Shown here: positions 1-8,522 of the stretch, one piece after another
Layout: the number at the start of each line of letters is the position of its first letter
Numbering within the stretch: position 1 is the stretch's first letter
Origin: Pseudomonas phage PaMx73
Sequence record: JQ067085.2
Reading direction: 5' to 3' (one strand)
Length of the DNA stretch: 24,000 nucleotides
Made by a program: the position numbers and the translations under genes
The notes under the pieces: model-generated
The model's database searches: none
What the model saw: only the letters and a program-made list of their open reading frames with translations
What the model was told of the DNA's origin: nothing

Positions 1-169
1 TGTGGGGAGGTGACTGTTTTGACACATGCCAAAAGAGGGAGGGATAGGCCAGAGCCCCTATAGCACTAGGGCTCCAGCCGGACAGGCACTGTGGGACAGT
101 TTGGAAAAAATCGATCAGGATTGAGCAAGGACTGCAAAATATTGATCGTTAATTGGCACGGAATGAGCG
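1..169. mobile_element. Probable left terminus region of a transposable (Mu-like) phage, noncoding, starting 5'-TG
   Basis: Window begins TGTGGGG..., followed by about 170 nt noncoding, then a leftward repressor and rightward ner/A/B genes, the standard left-end order of Mu-like phages. No host flank is visible. Confidence 0.55.
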
Positions 170-883
170 CTAAGCCATCCAGCGGCCTGACCATACGACG
201 CGCCCGATAATGTCGATTGCTTCCAAGTCTTGCTTAGACACGAACATTGTCTGATAGGCCGGATTAGCACTGATGATCGCTAGGCCGCCATTGATCTGCC
301 GTTGGACGCGCTTGGCGTACAAGTGGTCATCCAGGCGGATGACGTAGACAGCTTCGTCACGAACCTCATTGCAGCTGTGATCAATCATCACCGTATCGCC
401 ATCGCTCAACAGCGGCTCCATTGAGTCACCGCCGATGCGGACGGCCGACATATTCGCTATCTCCAGGCCTTGCTTCCGCAAGCTGTAGCGAGTGAACGCC
501 AACTGAGCGAGTATCCGTGCCCCCTCTGTCCAGGAGCCGTGACCAGCGCTCACCCGAGCGTCATACAGAGGGATATAGGCGTAACTGTCGTCTCCCTTCT
601 CGCGACTATCTTCCGCAGACGTAGGGGTGCCGAAAGCCAGCCACATAGCGGAAGTCCCTGCGGCCTGGGCGATCTGCTCAAGTCGATCCAAGGTTGGGAA
701 AGTCTCCCCCGACAGATAACTGCGCAGGGTCGCCTCGGACAAGCCGCATTCCTTAGAAAATCCTCGCAGGCTTTGCGAGGAAATCGCCTGTTTCAGACGG
801 ATTTTGAAGTATCCGATTCCATCCTGGGGAATCGGATGCCCAGACAATTCAGTCGGGGCGCCATCCGTTTGCTCGTAACCCAT
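170..883 (-). CDS. c: Phage repressor: N-terminal HTH plus C-terminal S24/LexA-like peptidase domain
   Basis: 237 aa; HTH-like segment GFSKECGLSEATLRSYLSGETFPTLDRLEQIA; S24-like segment AVRIGGDSMEPLLSDGDTVMIDH and VYVIRLDDHLYAKRVQR; divergent from ner/transposase; AGGAAA upstream of start. Confidence 0.9.
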   Translation of the reverse strand: MGYEQTDGAPTELSGHPIPQDGIGYFKIRLKQAISSQSLRGFSKECGLSEATLRSYLSGETFPTLDRLEQIAQAAGTSAMWLAFGTPTSAEDSREKGDDSYAYIPLYDARVSAGHGSWTEGARILAQLAFTRYSLRKQGLEIANMSAVRIGGDSMEPLLSDGDTVMIDHSCNEVRDEAVYVIRLDDHLYAKRVQRQINGGLAIISANPAYQTMFVSKQDLEAIDIIGRVVWSGRWMA

Positions 884-955
884 TGATTTTCCTAGTGTTC
901 ATTGTTTTTCCGCGCACAATCGCGAAGAAAAACTAAACGGATGAGTGGAAATCCG

Positions 956-984
956 TTGCTGTGCGAGGATTTTCTCGCTATGTT
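956..984 (+). promoter_or_regulatory. Candidate rightward early promoter (TTGCTG-N17-TATGTT)
   Basis: -35-like TTGCTG 956-961 and -10-like TATGTT 979-984 with 17-nt spacer, upstream of the Ner-like gene. Confidence 0.5.
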
Positions 985-1011
985 TATGCCCTAAGTCACG
1001 TTAGACACCCC

Positions 1012-1035
1012 AAAAAACCACCCTGCACGGTGGTT
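1012..1035 (-). terminator. Candidate intrinsic terminator on the minus strand
   Basis: Stem AACCACC (1016-1022) / GGTGGTT (1029-1035), 6-nt loop; on the minus strand the stem is followed by a T run (plus-strand A12-A17). Confidence 0.5.
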
Positions 1036-1051
1036 GAGATGGAACGTAGGC

Positions 1052-1408
1052 ATGAACAGAACCGAAATCCCCCGCGAAAACAACGCCCGTTGGGAGTGGA
1101 TCAAATACCAGCTCCGCACCAGAGGATCGTCCCTGGCTGAGGTCGCTCGCTCCCTCAACGTCTCCAGCCCAGCGGTCAAAAACGCAAAACTGACCCCCTA
1201 CCCTCGGGTAGAGCGCGCCATCGCTGCCGTCCTCAACCTCAGCCCCCTAGTGCTGTGGCCGGAGCGCTGGCTCGACGAAGAGAATCCGAAGCGGCAGCGG
1301 CCCAATCGCTCGGAGACCTTGCAGGCATATGTCAGACATATGCCAGGTGCTGAGGAAAATACCAGATACGCTGACCAAGCGCAGCGTAAAGCCGACGCGG
1401 GGGCTTGA
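1052..1408 (+). CDS. ner: Ner-like DNA-binding regulator
   Basis: WEWIKYQLRTRGSSLAEVARSLNVSSPAVKNAK...PRVERAIAAVLNLSPLVLWPERW resembles the Mu Ner/Nlp family; ATG at 1052 chosen over upstream TTG 1034. Confidence 0.85.
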   Translation: MNRTEIPRENNARWEWIKYQLRTRGSSLAEVARSLNVSSPAVKNAKLTPYPRVERAIAAVLNLSPLVLWPERWLDEENPKRQRPNRSETLQAYVRHMPGAEENTRYADQAQRKADAGA

Positions 1409-1410
1409 AC

Positions 1411-1845
1411 ATGGCCCGCCGCAAAGACGACCGCACCCTAGACATCTTCGATGTTCCGCAGCCGGCTCGCGCTATACCCGGTGAGTGCAACTATGCCGCC
1501 CAGGTCAGCGAGCTGGTCAGCGAAATTCTGAAGGCCGCCAACCTCGACCGTTACGAGATTGCAGCCCGCATGTCGCGCCTATCTGGCGATGACGTGAGCA
1601 AGAACATGCTCGACGCCTGGTCGAGTCCCGCCCGAGCTGATCACAACCTGCCTTTCTACCGCGCCGCCCTCCTGGAGGACGTCTGCGCGAGCCACCTGCT
1701 GACCAACTGGCTGGTCGATGTGCGGGGCGGTCGCGTGGCCTATGGCCGAGACGCACTGCTCGCCGAACTGGGCCGCCTGGAGCGGACCCGCGAGGAAGCG
1801 GGTCGGCAGGCGCGTGAGCTGAAGCGAATCCTGGGGGAGCCGTGA
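1411..1845 (+). CDS. Conserved early phage protein of unknown function
   Basis: Open frame from ATG 1411 (ORF track starts at TTG 1405); MARRKDDRTLDIFDVPQP...; packed between ner and transposase. Confidence 0.75.
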   Translation: MARRKDDRTLDIFDVPQPARAIPGECNYAAQVSELVSEILKAANLDRYEIAARMSRLSGDDVSKNMLDAWSSPARADHNLPFYRAALLEDVCASHLLTNWLVDVRGGRVAYGRDALLAELGRLERTREEAGRQARELKRILGEP

Positions 1846-2042
1846 TGACAAACACCGACCTCAAACCGCTGCTCGACAACCTGCGGAACGCCACCGAGTT
1901 CTTCAACTCGGTCGATGGCGACCTCGCCTCGATCTGCAACGGAACCAAACAGATTGCAGCCGAATGGCTGGAAACCGCCGCGCTTGCCCTCGGCAACGCC
2001 CTGATCGCCCAGCGCGAAGCTGCTGGAGGCGACCATGAGTGA
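1842..2042 (+). CDS. Small early protein of unknown function
   Basis: 66-aa ORF, overlaps both neighbours by a few nt, typical phage operon packing. Confidence 0.65.
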   Translation: MMTNTDLKPLLDNLRNATEFFNSVDGDLASICNGTKQIAAEWLETAALALGNALIAQREAAGGDHE

Positions 2043-4104
2043 ATGGTTCTCTGCCCAAGAGCTTGCAGGGTTGCCAGGGGTTCCTGGAACCGCGCGAAAC
2101 GTCAAAGCAATGGCCGAGCGTAAGTCGTGGAGTGGACGGCGCCGCGTCGGCACCAAGGCCATTGAGTACCACGTTTCGGCCCTGCCGAAGGAAACCCGCG
2201 CCGCGCTGCTGAACGCCGCCCTGGGCGAGGTGGCCACCAAGGTGGTCCGCCAGGAGACGCAGCTGGCCCTGGTCGAAACCAACCGCCAGCAGCTGGTCGC
2301 CGATGCCCGCCAGGGGGTGCTGCACGCCCTGGACCTGATGATGGCCCGCACCGGCTACAGCCGGAAGCGCTCCATTACCCTGATGCTGGACATGGCGCGC
2401 CTCGGCCAGGTCGAGCCGCAGCTGCTCGCCATGCTCAAGATGGCCCGCGATCCTCGCGGCCGCCCCAGCGCGGATGGCCTGCCGAGCGTGCGCAGCCTGG
2501 AGCGCTTCCTGGACCAGGCCGAGCGTGGCGCCCTGGTGCCGAAGGTCCGCCGCCCGGACATGAGCGTTCCCGACTGGGCGCCGGCCTTCATGACGATCTA
2601 CCAGGGGCCGGAGAAGCGCAGCGCCCGCGCTGCCCATGCACTGCTGGAGAAGCACTGGCAGGGGCAAATGCCCAGCCTGGACCAGGTCTATGCGTTCCTG
2701 CGCAAGGTCGGCAACGTCAGCCGCGAGGTCGGGCGCATGGGTGAGCATGAAATCAAGGCACTGCGCCCGTTCATTCGCCGCGACTTCACCAAGCTACTCC
2801 CGACCGACGTCTATTCCTGCGACGGCCACACGTTCGACGCCGAGGTCCAGCACCCGATGCACGGCCGGCCCTTCCGGCCGGAAATCACCACCATCATCGA
2901 CATCCGTACCCGTCGAATTCCGGGATGGTCCACCGGCCTGGCCGAGTCGGCCCTGGTGGTGGTCGATGCCCTACGTGACGCCTGCATCAAGGGCGGCGTC
3001 CCGGCCATCTTCTACGTGGACAACGGCTCGGGCTACGTCAACCACATGATGCGCGACGAGGCGGTCGGCCTTATGGGCCGCCTGGGCATCGATATGAAGA
3101 ACAGCCTGCCCTACAACAGCCAGGCGCGGGGCGTGATTGAGCGCGTCCACCAGAGCCTGTGGATTCGCGCCGCCAAGGAACTGCCCGGCTACATCGGCGC
3201 CGACATGGACCGCCAGGCCAAGCTGGCCACCTTCAAGCTGACGCGCCGGGCCATCGCCAAGGGCGGCACCATGCCGCTGATGTCTTGGGAATCTTTTGTC
3301 GCGTTCTGCGAACAGCAGATTGCCGAGTACAACGACCGGCCGCATAGCAGCTTGCCGCGCATCGTTGACCCGAACACCGGCCGCCGCCGGCACATGACCC
3401 CCAACGAGGCCTGGGCGCTGCACGAAGCGGAGGGTTTCAGCCCGATGCGCGTCACCGACGACGAGGCCCGGCCGCTGTTCCGGCCCCAGGTGGTGCGCAC
3501 CGTCCGCCGCTGCGAACTGGAGTTCATCGGCAACCGCTACTTCGCCCGCGAGCTGGAGGAATTCCACGGCGACCAGGTGGCCGTGGGCTACGACATCCAC
3601 GACGCCAGCAGGGTGTGGGTCTACGACGGCGAGGGCCGCTTCCTCTGCACCGCAGAGCTGAACGGCAACAGCCGCGACTACATGCCGGCTTCGTATGTCG
3701 AGCGTGCCCGCGAGAAACGCGCAGAGGCCCGCGAGAAGCGCGCCCTGGCTCACCTCGACGAGATTCGCGCCGAGCGTGACGGTGGGTATGCCCTGGAAAT
3801 GGATGCGCCGCTGTCCATCCCCGGTCTCGGCACGATCACCCCCGAGCAACTCCGGTCGCGCAGCGCCGCGACTCTTGAAGTGCAGGCCGAGCGGATCGAC
3901 GAACCGCGCCCGGCCGCAGCCGCCACCCAAGCCACCACCGCCCAGGTCTTCACCCTGCCGACCGCTCCCGCCCAGCGCTACCGGCAGTGGTGCGAGCTGG
4001 CCGAGCGGCAACGCTCCGGCCTGCCCATCGAGCCGGACGCCGCCCAGTGGTTCGAGGTTTACCCCAAATCCAAAGAATTCGCCGCCCAGCAGCGGCAAGC
4101 ATGA
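2035..4104 (+). CDS. A: Mu-like phage transposase (MuA family)
   Basis: 689 aa; N-terminal MSEWFSAQELAGLPGVPGTARNVKAMAERKSW (Mu DNA-binding domain-like); catalytic core with TDVYSCDGHTFDAEV and FYVDNGSGYVNHMM, rve integrase-like DDE. Confidence 0.95.
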   Translation: MSEWFSAQELAGLPGVPGTARNVKAMAERKSWSGRRRVGTKAIEYHVSALPKETRAALLNAALGEVATKVVRQETQLALVETNRQQLVADARQGVLHALDLMMARTGYSRKRSITLMLDMARLGQVEPQLLAMLKMARDPRGRPSADGLPSVRSLERFLDQAERGALVPKVRRPDMSVPDWAPAFMTIYQGPEKRSARAAHALLEKHWQGQMPSLDQVYAFLRKVGNVSREVGRMGEHEIKALRPFIRRDFTKLLPTDVYSCDGHTFDAEVQHPMHGRPFRPEITTIIDIRTRRIPGWSTGLAESALVVVDALRDACIKGGVPAIFYVDNGSGYVNHMMRDEAVGLMGRLGIDMKNSLPYNSQARGVIERVHQSLWIRAAKELPGYIGADMDRQAKLATFKLTRRAIAKGGTMPLMSWESFVAFCEQQIAEYNDRPHSSLPRIVDPNTGRRRHMTPNEAWALHEAEGFSPMRVTDDEARPLFRPQVVRTVRRCELEFIGNRYFARELEEFHGDQVAVGYDIHDASRVWVYDGEGRFLCTAELNGNSRDYMPASYVERAREKRAEAREKRALAHLDEIRAERDGGYALEMDAPLSIPGLGTITPEQLRSRSAATLEVQAERIDEPRPAAAATQATTAQVFTLPTAPAQRYRQWCELAERQRSGLPIEPDAAQWFEVYPKSKEFAAQQRQA

Positions 4105-4118
4105 AAGGAGCTGTATTC

Positions 4119-4871
4119 ATGACCACCCCGAAAACCACCCAACTGGCCAATGGCATGGCCGACATCGCCAACATCGCCCTTTGCGATATCGCCCTGGAGA
4201 AAGCGCTGTCGCGTACCTCCACGTTGCCCGGCCTGGTCTGCTTCTACGGCCCGTCCGGCTTCGGCAAATCCGTTTCGGCCGCCTGGGTCGCCAATCGCCG
4301 CCGCGCCTACTACGTCCAGGCCAAAAGCGTCTGGACCCGCAAGCACACGCTGAAGTCGATCCTCGGTGAAATGGGCATCAAGCCGGCCGGCACGATCCCG
4401 GAAATGGCCGACCAGATAGCCGAGGAACTGGCCGCCAGCGGCCGCCCGCTGATCATCGACGAAATGGACCACCTGGTCGCCGCTGGCCAGGTCGAGCTGA
4501 TTCGTGATCTGTACGAGTCCAGCCAAGCCTCCATCTTGCTGATCGGCGAGGAAATGCTGCCGACCAAGCTGAAGAAGTTCGAACGCTTCCATGGCCGCGT
4601 GCTGAGCTGGGTTCCGGCCCAGCCAGTCTCCCTGGAGGACGCCCGCAACCTGGCGCCGGTCTACAGCCCCGGAGTGGCTATCGCTGACGACCTGCTCGCG
4701 CACTTGGTGAAGAAGTCACTGGGCTCTGTCCGCCGCGTCGCGGTGAACCTGGAGCAGTTGGCCGAGGCCGCCACTGTTCAAGGTCGGCGCGAGCTGGAAC
4801 TGGCCGACCTCCAGCGCCTGAACCTGGAGCTGTATACCGGCGCAGCCCCGAACCCGAGGACTTCGAAATGA
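4119..4871 (+). CDS. B: Transposition target activator, MuB-like AAA+ ATPase
   Basis: Walker A CFYGPSGFGKSVSA, Walker B PLIIDEMDHL; AAAGGAG upstream of ATG 4119. Confidence 0.9.
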   Translation: MTTPKTTQLANGMADIANIALCDIALEKALSRTSTLPGLVCFYGPSGFGKSVSAAWVANRRRAYYVQAKSVWTRKHTLKSILGEMGIKPAGTIPEMADQIAEELAASGRPLIIDEMDHLVAAGQVELIRDLYESSQASILLIGEEMLPTKLKKFERFHGRVLSWVPAQPVSLEDARNLAPVYSPGVAIADDLLAHLVKKSLGSVRRVAVNLEQLAEAATVQGRRELELADLQRLNLELYTGAAPNPRTSK

Positions 4872-5515
4872 GCCTCGGCAAGAACCCGGCTCACCTCTGC
4901 ATGGTCGGGGGCAAGAGCCCCCGCCAGCAGATGTGGGAAGTCATCCGGGCCAACCGCGAAGAGTTCACCGTCTACCGCGTGGCGCGCCGCTCCAACCAGC
5001 ACGACAAGACCGTCGAGAAGTATGTCGCCTGCCTGCGCCTGGGCGGCTACGTCGAGGCGATCCGTGGATTCAAGCGCGGCGAAGAGGTCGTTTTCCAGCT
5101 GGTCCGCGACAACGGCGTCGAGGCACCGAACCTGAACGCCGATGGCAAGCCATCCCAGCAGGGCTACACCACCGAGGCGGTCTGGCGGACGTTGCGCATC
5201 CTCGGACCATCGACCCCGGAGCAGATCGCCGCATCGGTGGCGGCCTCTGGCACGACCGTGTCGCCCAGCACCGTTCAGCGCTACTTCATCGACCTCCAAA
5301 ACGCCGGATACCTGACCCGCAACGGCCGCTACTACGCCCTCAAGCCGGGCCGCTACACCGGCCCTCGGCCGCCCATCGTCCAGCGCGAGACGCGCCGCCA
5401 GGTCTACGACCCGAACCTTGACCAGGTCATGTGGAGTTCGCACGGCGAGTACCAGCACAACCGGAGTCGCTCCAAGAAATCAGAACAGGAGGTGCCGCCA
5501 TGCTCCGAGCACTGA
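4868..5515 (+). CDS. Early phage protein with putative winged-helix segments
   Basis: 215 aa; QMWEVIRANREEFTVYRVARRSNQHDKTVEKYVACLRLGGYV and TPEQIAASVAASGTTVSPSTVQRYFIDLQNAGYLTRNGRYYAL look HTH-like. Confidence 0.75.
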   Translation: MSLGKNPAHLCMVGGKSPRQQMWEVIRANREEFTVYRVARRSNQHDKTVEKYVACLRLGGYVEAIRGFKRGEEVVFQLVRDNGVEAPNLNADGKPSQQGYTTEAVWRTLRILGPSTPEQIAASVAASGTTVSPSTVQRYFIDLQNAGYLTRNGRYYALKPGRYTGPRPPIVQRETRRQVYDPNLDQVMWSSHGEYQHNRSRSKKSEQEVPPCSEH

Positions 5516-5616
5516 TCCCCATCGGCATCTTCCTGGCCCTCGGCCTACTGCTGATCCTGGCCGGTGATGCCCTGATGCTCGGCCGCCGCCTCATTGCCTG
5601 GCAGTGGGGGTGCTGA
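5500..5616 (+). CDS. 38-aa putative single-pass membrane peptide
   Basis: Strong AGGAGGT before ATG 5500; MLRALIPIGIFLALGLLLILAGDALMLGRRLIAWQWGC. Confidence 0.6.
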   Translation: MLRALIPIGIFLALGLLLILAGDALMLGRRLIAWQWGC

Positions 5617-6029
5617 TGGAACGCGCAATCGATCTGTCGGCCTGGGGCGAGCGTCCGCCTGTCTTCGTCCAGCTGCTCGCCGCTGAGGTGGCCCGCAGCA
5701 GCCAGACGAAAGCCGGCGAGGCAATCGGCATGAGCCGTTCGACCGTCAGCACCATCCTCGCCAACCGCTACCCGTCGCCCTCGACGATCCGCGTCGAGCG
5801 CCGCGTCCTGGCCGCGCTGAGCCGTATTGAGTGCCCGGCCTTGGGCGAGGCGGTGACCTCGGTCGAGTGCAGCGAGTACCTCCAGCGGCCGGCGCCGCTG
5901 AACAACCCCGTCGCGATGCGCTGCTGGAAAGCGTGCCGCGCCTGTCCACGCAACCCGCATACCGCCCCCATGAAACGAGAGGAACAAGGCCATGAGAACC
6001 GCATTGCCCTTGAAAGTCTTGACGCCTGA
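5616..6029 (+). CDS. HTH-containing early phage protein
   Basis: SSQTKAGEAIGMSRSTVSTILANRYPSPSTIRVERRVLAAL helix-turn-helix pattern. Confidence 0.7.
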   Translation: MERAIDLSAWGERPPVFVQLLAAEVARSSQTKAGEAIGMSRSTVSTILANRYPSPSTIRVERRVLAALSRIECPALGEAVTSVECSEYLQRPAPLNNPVAMRCWKACRACPRNPHTAPMKREEQGHENRIALESLDA

Positions 6030-6303
6030 CTTGGCCCTGAGCCTGCGCACCTTCAACGATGCCGCCCGGTTGCTCCAGCGCATGGGGGTTCGCCTTCATC
6101 GCCTGGAGCCGACAGAGGGGCGCGTGACCATCGCCGCAGATGACGCCCGCCAGCTCCTGGAGAAGGGGCTCCTGCTGGGTTTTCAGCGCGAGGCCTCGGC
6201 CGGCAGCACCCGTTACATCACCCGCTTCCAGGGCATCACCCTGGCCTGGAGCGAACCGATCAGCTACCGCGACTTCGCTGGCAGCAAACCCGTAATTCAC
6301 TGA
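5992..6303 (+). CDS. Early phage protein of unknown function
   Basis: 103-aa ORF in operon context. Confidence 0.65.
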   Translation: MRTALPLKVLTPDLALSLRTFNDAARLLQRMGVRLHRLEPTEGRVTIAADDARQLLEKGLLLGFQREASAGSTRYITRFQGITLAWSEPISYRDFAGSKPVIH

Positions 6304-6319
6304 ACAGGAGAACGCCAAC

Positions 6320-6838
6320 ATGGCACCGAAGAAACGTCTGAAATCCGCTGCCGCCGTCTACGTCCCGCAGACCCGCGAGCAGGTCATCAGCGATATCAAG
6401 AACATCGGCGACCTCCAGCGCGAGCTGGCCCGTCTGGAAACCGCAATGAACGATGAAATCGGCCAGATCACCGAGCGCTATTCGGAGCCGGCCGAAGACC
6501 TGAAGAAACGTCTGGCGGTCCTCCAGGGCGGAGTCCAGTCCTGGTGCGAGGCCAACCGTGCCGAGCTGACCGACAACAACAAGGTCAAGTACGCGAACCT
6601 CACTACCGGCGAAGTCCAGTGGCGCATCCGTCCCCCGTCCGTGACTGTACGCGGCGCCGATGCGGTCCTGGAGCTACTGCGCAGCAAGGGGCTAATCCGC
6701 TTCATCCGCGTCAAGGAAGAGGTGAACAAGGAAGCGATCCTCAACGAACCCGAGGCCGTCCAGGGGCTGCCGGGGCTGACCCTGAACTCCGGCATCGAGG
6801 ACTTCGCCATCGTGCCTTTCGAAGCGGAGGTGCAGTAA
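6320..6838 (+). CDS. gam: Host-nuclease inhibitor, Mu Gam-like
   Basis: 172 aa; coiled region DLQRELARLETAMNDEIGQITERYSEPAEDLKKRLAVLQGGVQSWCEANRAEL and TGEVQWRIRPPSVTVRGADAVLELLR typical of Gam. Confidence 0.9.
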   Translation: MAPKKRLKSAAAVYVPQTREQVISDIKNIGDLQRELARLETAMNDEIGQITERYSEPAEDLKKRLAVLQGGVQSWCEANRAELTDNNKVKYANLTTGEVQWRIRPPSVTVRGADAVLELLRSKGLIRFIRVKEEVNKEAILNEPEAVQGLPGLTLNSGIEDFAIVPFEAEVQ

Positions 6839-7041
6839 TGGGCGCCCTCACCGAAATGAAGTGGCCGAAAACCACGCTGCTGGATTTGCTGAACGACGCC
6901 GAGCGGCTCGATGTGGACCTGTTCGACGTCGTCCATCTGGAGCTGAACAGCGGCCGGGACTACCTAGTGGCTGTGATCACTGGGGAGAAAGCGGTCCAGG
7001 CCGCCGAACTGCTGGAGCGGCTGCGCTCCAAGGACGTGTGA
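6838..7041 (+). CDS. Small early protein of unknown function
   Basis: 67 aa from ATG overlapping the Gam stop (TAATG); MGALTEMKWPKTTLLDLLNDAERLDVD... Confidence 0.65.
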   Translation: MGALTEMKWPKTTLLDLLNDAERLDVDLFDVVHLELNSGRDYLVAVITGEKAVQAAELLERLRSKDV

Positions 7042-7487
7042 TGATGAACGGAACCCTCGTTGTATTCCACGACAGCGGGCAGGACTTCCTGGTCTGGAGG
7101 CTCGACCAGGAAGGCGTGGTTACCCGGAGCTGGCCGTTCCAGACCGACGTTTGGGCCGGTACCAAAGTGCTGAACCTGGACACCCTCAAGCGCGATGGCC
7201 TGGTGAAGGCCGAGCGTAACGGTCGCCCCTGGGAATGCTGTCACGCTGTGGTCGCTATCCATCCGATCAAGCCGATTGACGTATCGGTGAAATGGGACGG
7301 AATCGCGGGCTACGTCACCAGCACCGTGCGCGGTCAGCGGGCGTCCTGCACCCATGACCCGGCCGCCCCGGTCCAGCGCCTAGCCGAGAAGGTTCTGCCC
7401 TATCTCCAATGCCGTATCGAACGCCTGGAGTGCCAGCCAGCCGGCAAGCTCCATAGCGTCTGGCGAATCACCCCGGAGAATCTGTGA
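7041..7487 (+). CDS. Early phage protein of unknown function
   Basis: ATG 7041 overlaps the upstream stop; 148 aa, MMNGTLVVFHDSGQDFLVWRLDQEG... Confidence 0.65.
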   Translation: MMNGTLVVFHDSGQDFLVWRLDQEGVVTRSWPFQTDVWAGTKVLNLDTLKRDGLVKAERNGRPWECCHAVVAIHPIKPIDVSVKWDGIAGYVTSTVRGQRASCTHDPAAPVQRLAEKVLPYLQCRIERLECQPAGKLHSVWRITPENL

Positions 7488-7936
7488 TGGAGCGCTATCA
7501 CAACCCGCAGACCGACCCGCTGCCGCTTCGTTCGCCGTACCACGAAGCCGAACGGCAGCGCCTGGAGCAGTTGACCGCCGAGTTTCTCGCCAATGGTGGC
7601 GAGATTCAGCAGCTGGGACACCAGATGCGCGAGACCTACCCATTCGTCATCCACGCCACCCGGACGCCGGTCTATGCGCACCTCCTGGAACAGCCTGAGC
7701 AGCCCCTGGCGGCCAAGGTGTCCAGGGCCGGCAAACGGGAGCCAACCGCACAAGCAAGGCCAGAGCGCAAGGTTCCAGCGCCCCAGCTCGACGCGAAGAC
7801 GCTAGCTGCGCGGCTAATGGTCCAGGCCGCACTCGGCGCGTCACCGAGCCAGGCCGCAAGAGCGGTCGGTATCGGCGAGCGGCAGGCTCGCCAGGTGTGC
7901 CGCGACTTCAACATCCAATTTCATCGCCAACGCTAG
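7484..7936 (+). CDS. Early phage protein with C-terminal HTH-like segment
   Basis: 150 aa; LGASPSQAARAVGIGERQARQVCRDFNIQFHRQR. Confidence 0.65.
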   Translation: MMERYHNPQTDPLPLRSPYHEAERQRLEQLTAEFLANGGEIQQLGHQMRETYPFVIHATRTPVYAHLLEQPEQPLAAKVSRAGKREPTAQARPERKVPAPQLDAKTLAARLMVQAALGASPSQAARAVGIGERQARQVCRDFNIQFHRQR

Positions 7937-7944
7937 GAGGCCCC

Positions 7945-8214
7945 ATGGCCGTATACACCATCACCCTCAGCGACACCGAAGGCGGAATAGATTTCTCCAT
8001 GCAAGGCCCGCCGCTGCACGACTCCGAAGCATCGAAGATCGCCTATGCCCTTATGCAAGCGACGATGTCCCTCGGCCAGGAACTCGCAAAGCAGAACGGA
8101 ACTGGTAACGGAGTTTCCTGCGCCTGCGACGAGTGCCTGGCGCGCCGCGCTCGCGGCGAGGGACCGCAACGGGAAATACACCCCACCAAGGCCAAGAACC
8201 GCACCGTCCATTGA
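7945..8214 (+). CDS. Small early protein of unknown function
   Basis: AGGAGG upstream of ATG 7945; 89 aa with CACDEC motif. Confidence 0.65.
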   Translation: MAVYTITLSDTEGGIDFSMQGPPLHDSEASKIAYALMQATMSLGQELAKQNGTGNGVSCACDECLARRARGEGPQREIHPTKAKNRTVH

Positions 8215-8300
8215 GCGAAACCGCCCCGGCCTTGCCGGGACGGTCTGCCGGACGTGGTGGTCCGGTACTGACGAGCAGCCAACCCACGAAGAGGTATCAG

Positions 8301-8522
8301 ATGGACACTCAACCTGCGTTTCAGTCCTTACCAAAGGGCTATCAGGTCGCCTGGTACGGTATGGAAAAGCTCTGCACCAAATGTCGGGAATACTGGCCAG
8401 CGGATGCCGAGTTCTTCTTCACCAACCCGGACGGAACACTCAAAAATTCCTGTAAAGCCTGCTGGTACGAAATGCCTTCCGTACAGCGGCGCCTACAGGG
8501 TAAGGCGCGGAGACTGCAATGA
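8301..8522 (+). CDS. Small putative zinc-binding protein
   Basis: 73 aa; CTKC-x22-CKAC; stop overlaps next start. Confidence 0.65.
   Translation: MDTQPAFQSLPKGYQVAWYGMEKLCTKCREYWPADAEFFFTNPDGTLKNSCKACWYEMPSVQRRLQGKARRLQ

Noticed and set aside
2971-4098. 375-aa minus-strand ORF
   Set aside because: Antisense to the transposase gene; no domain recognised.
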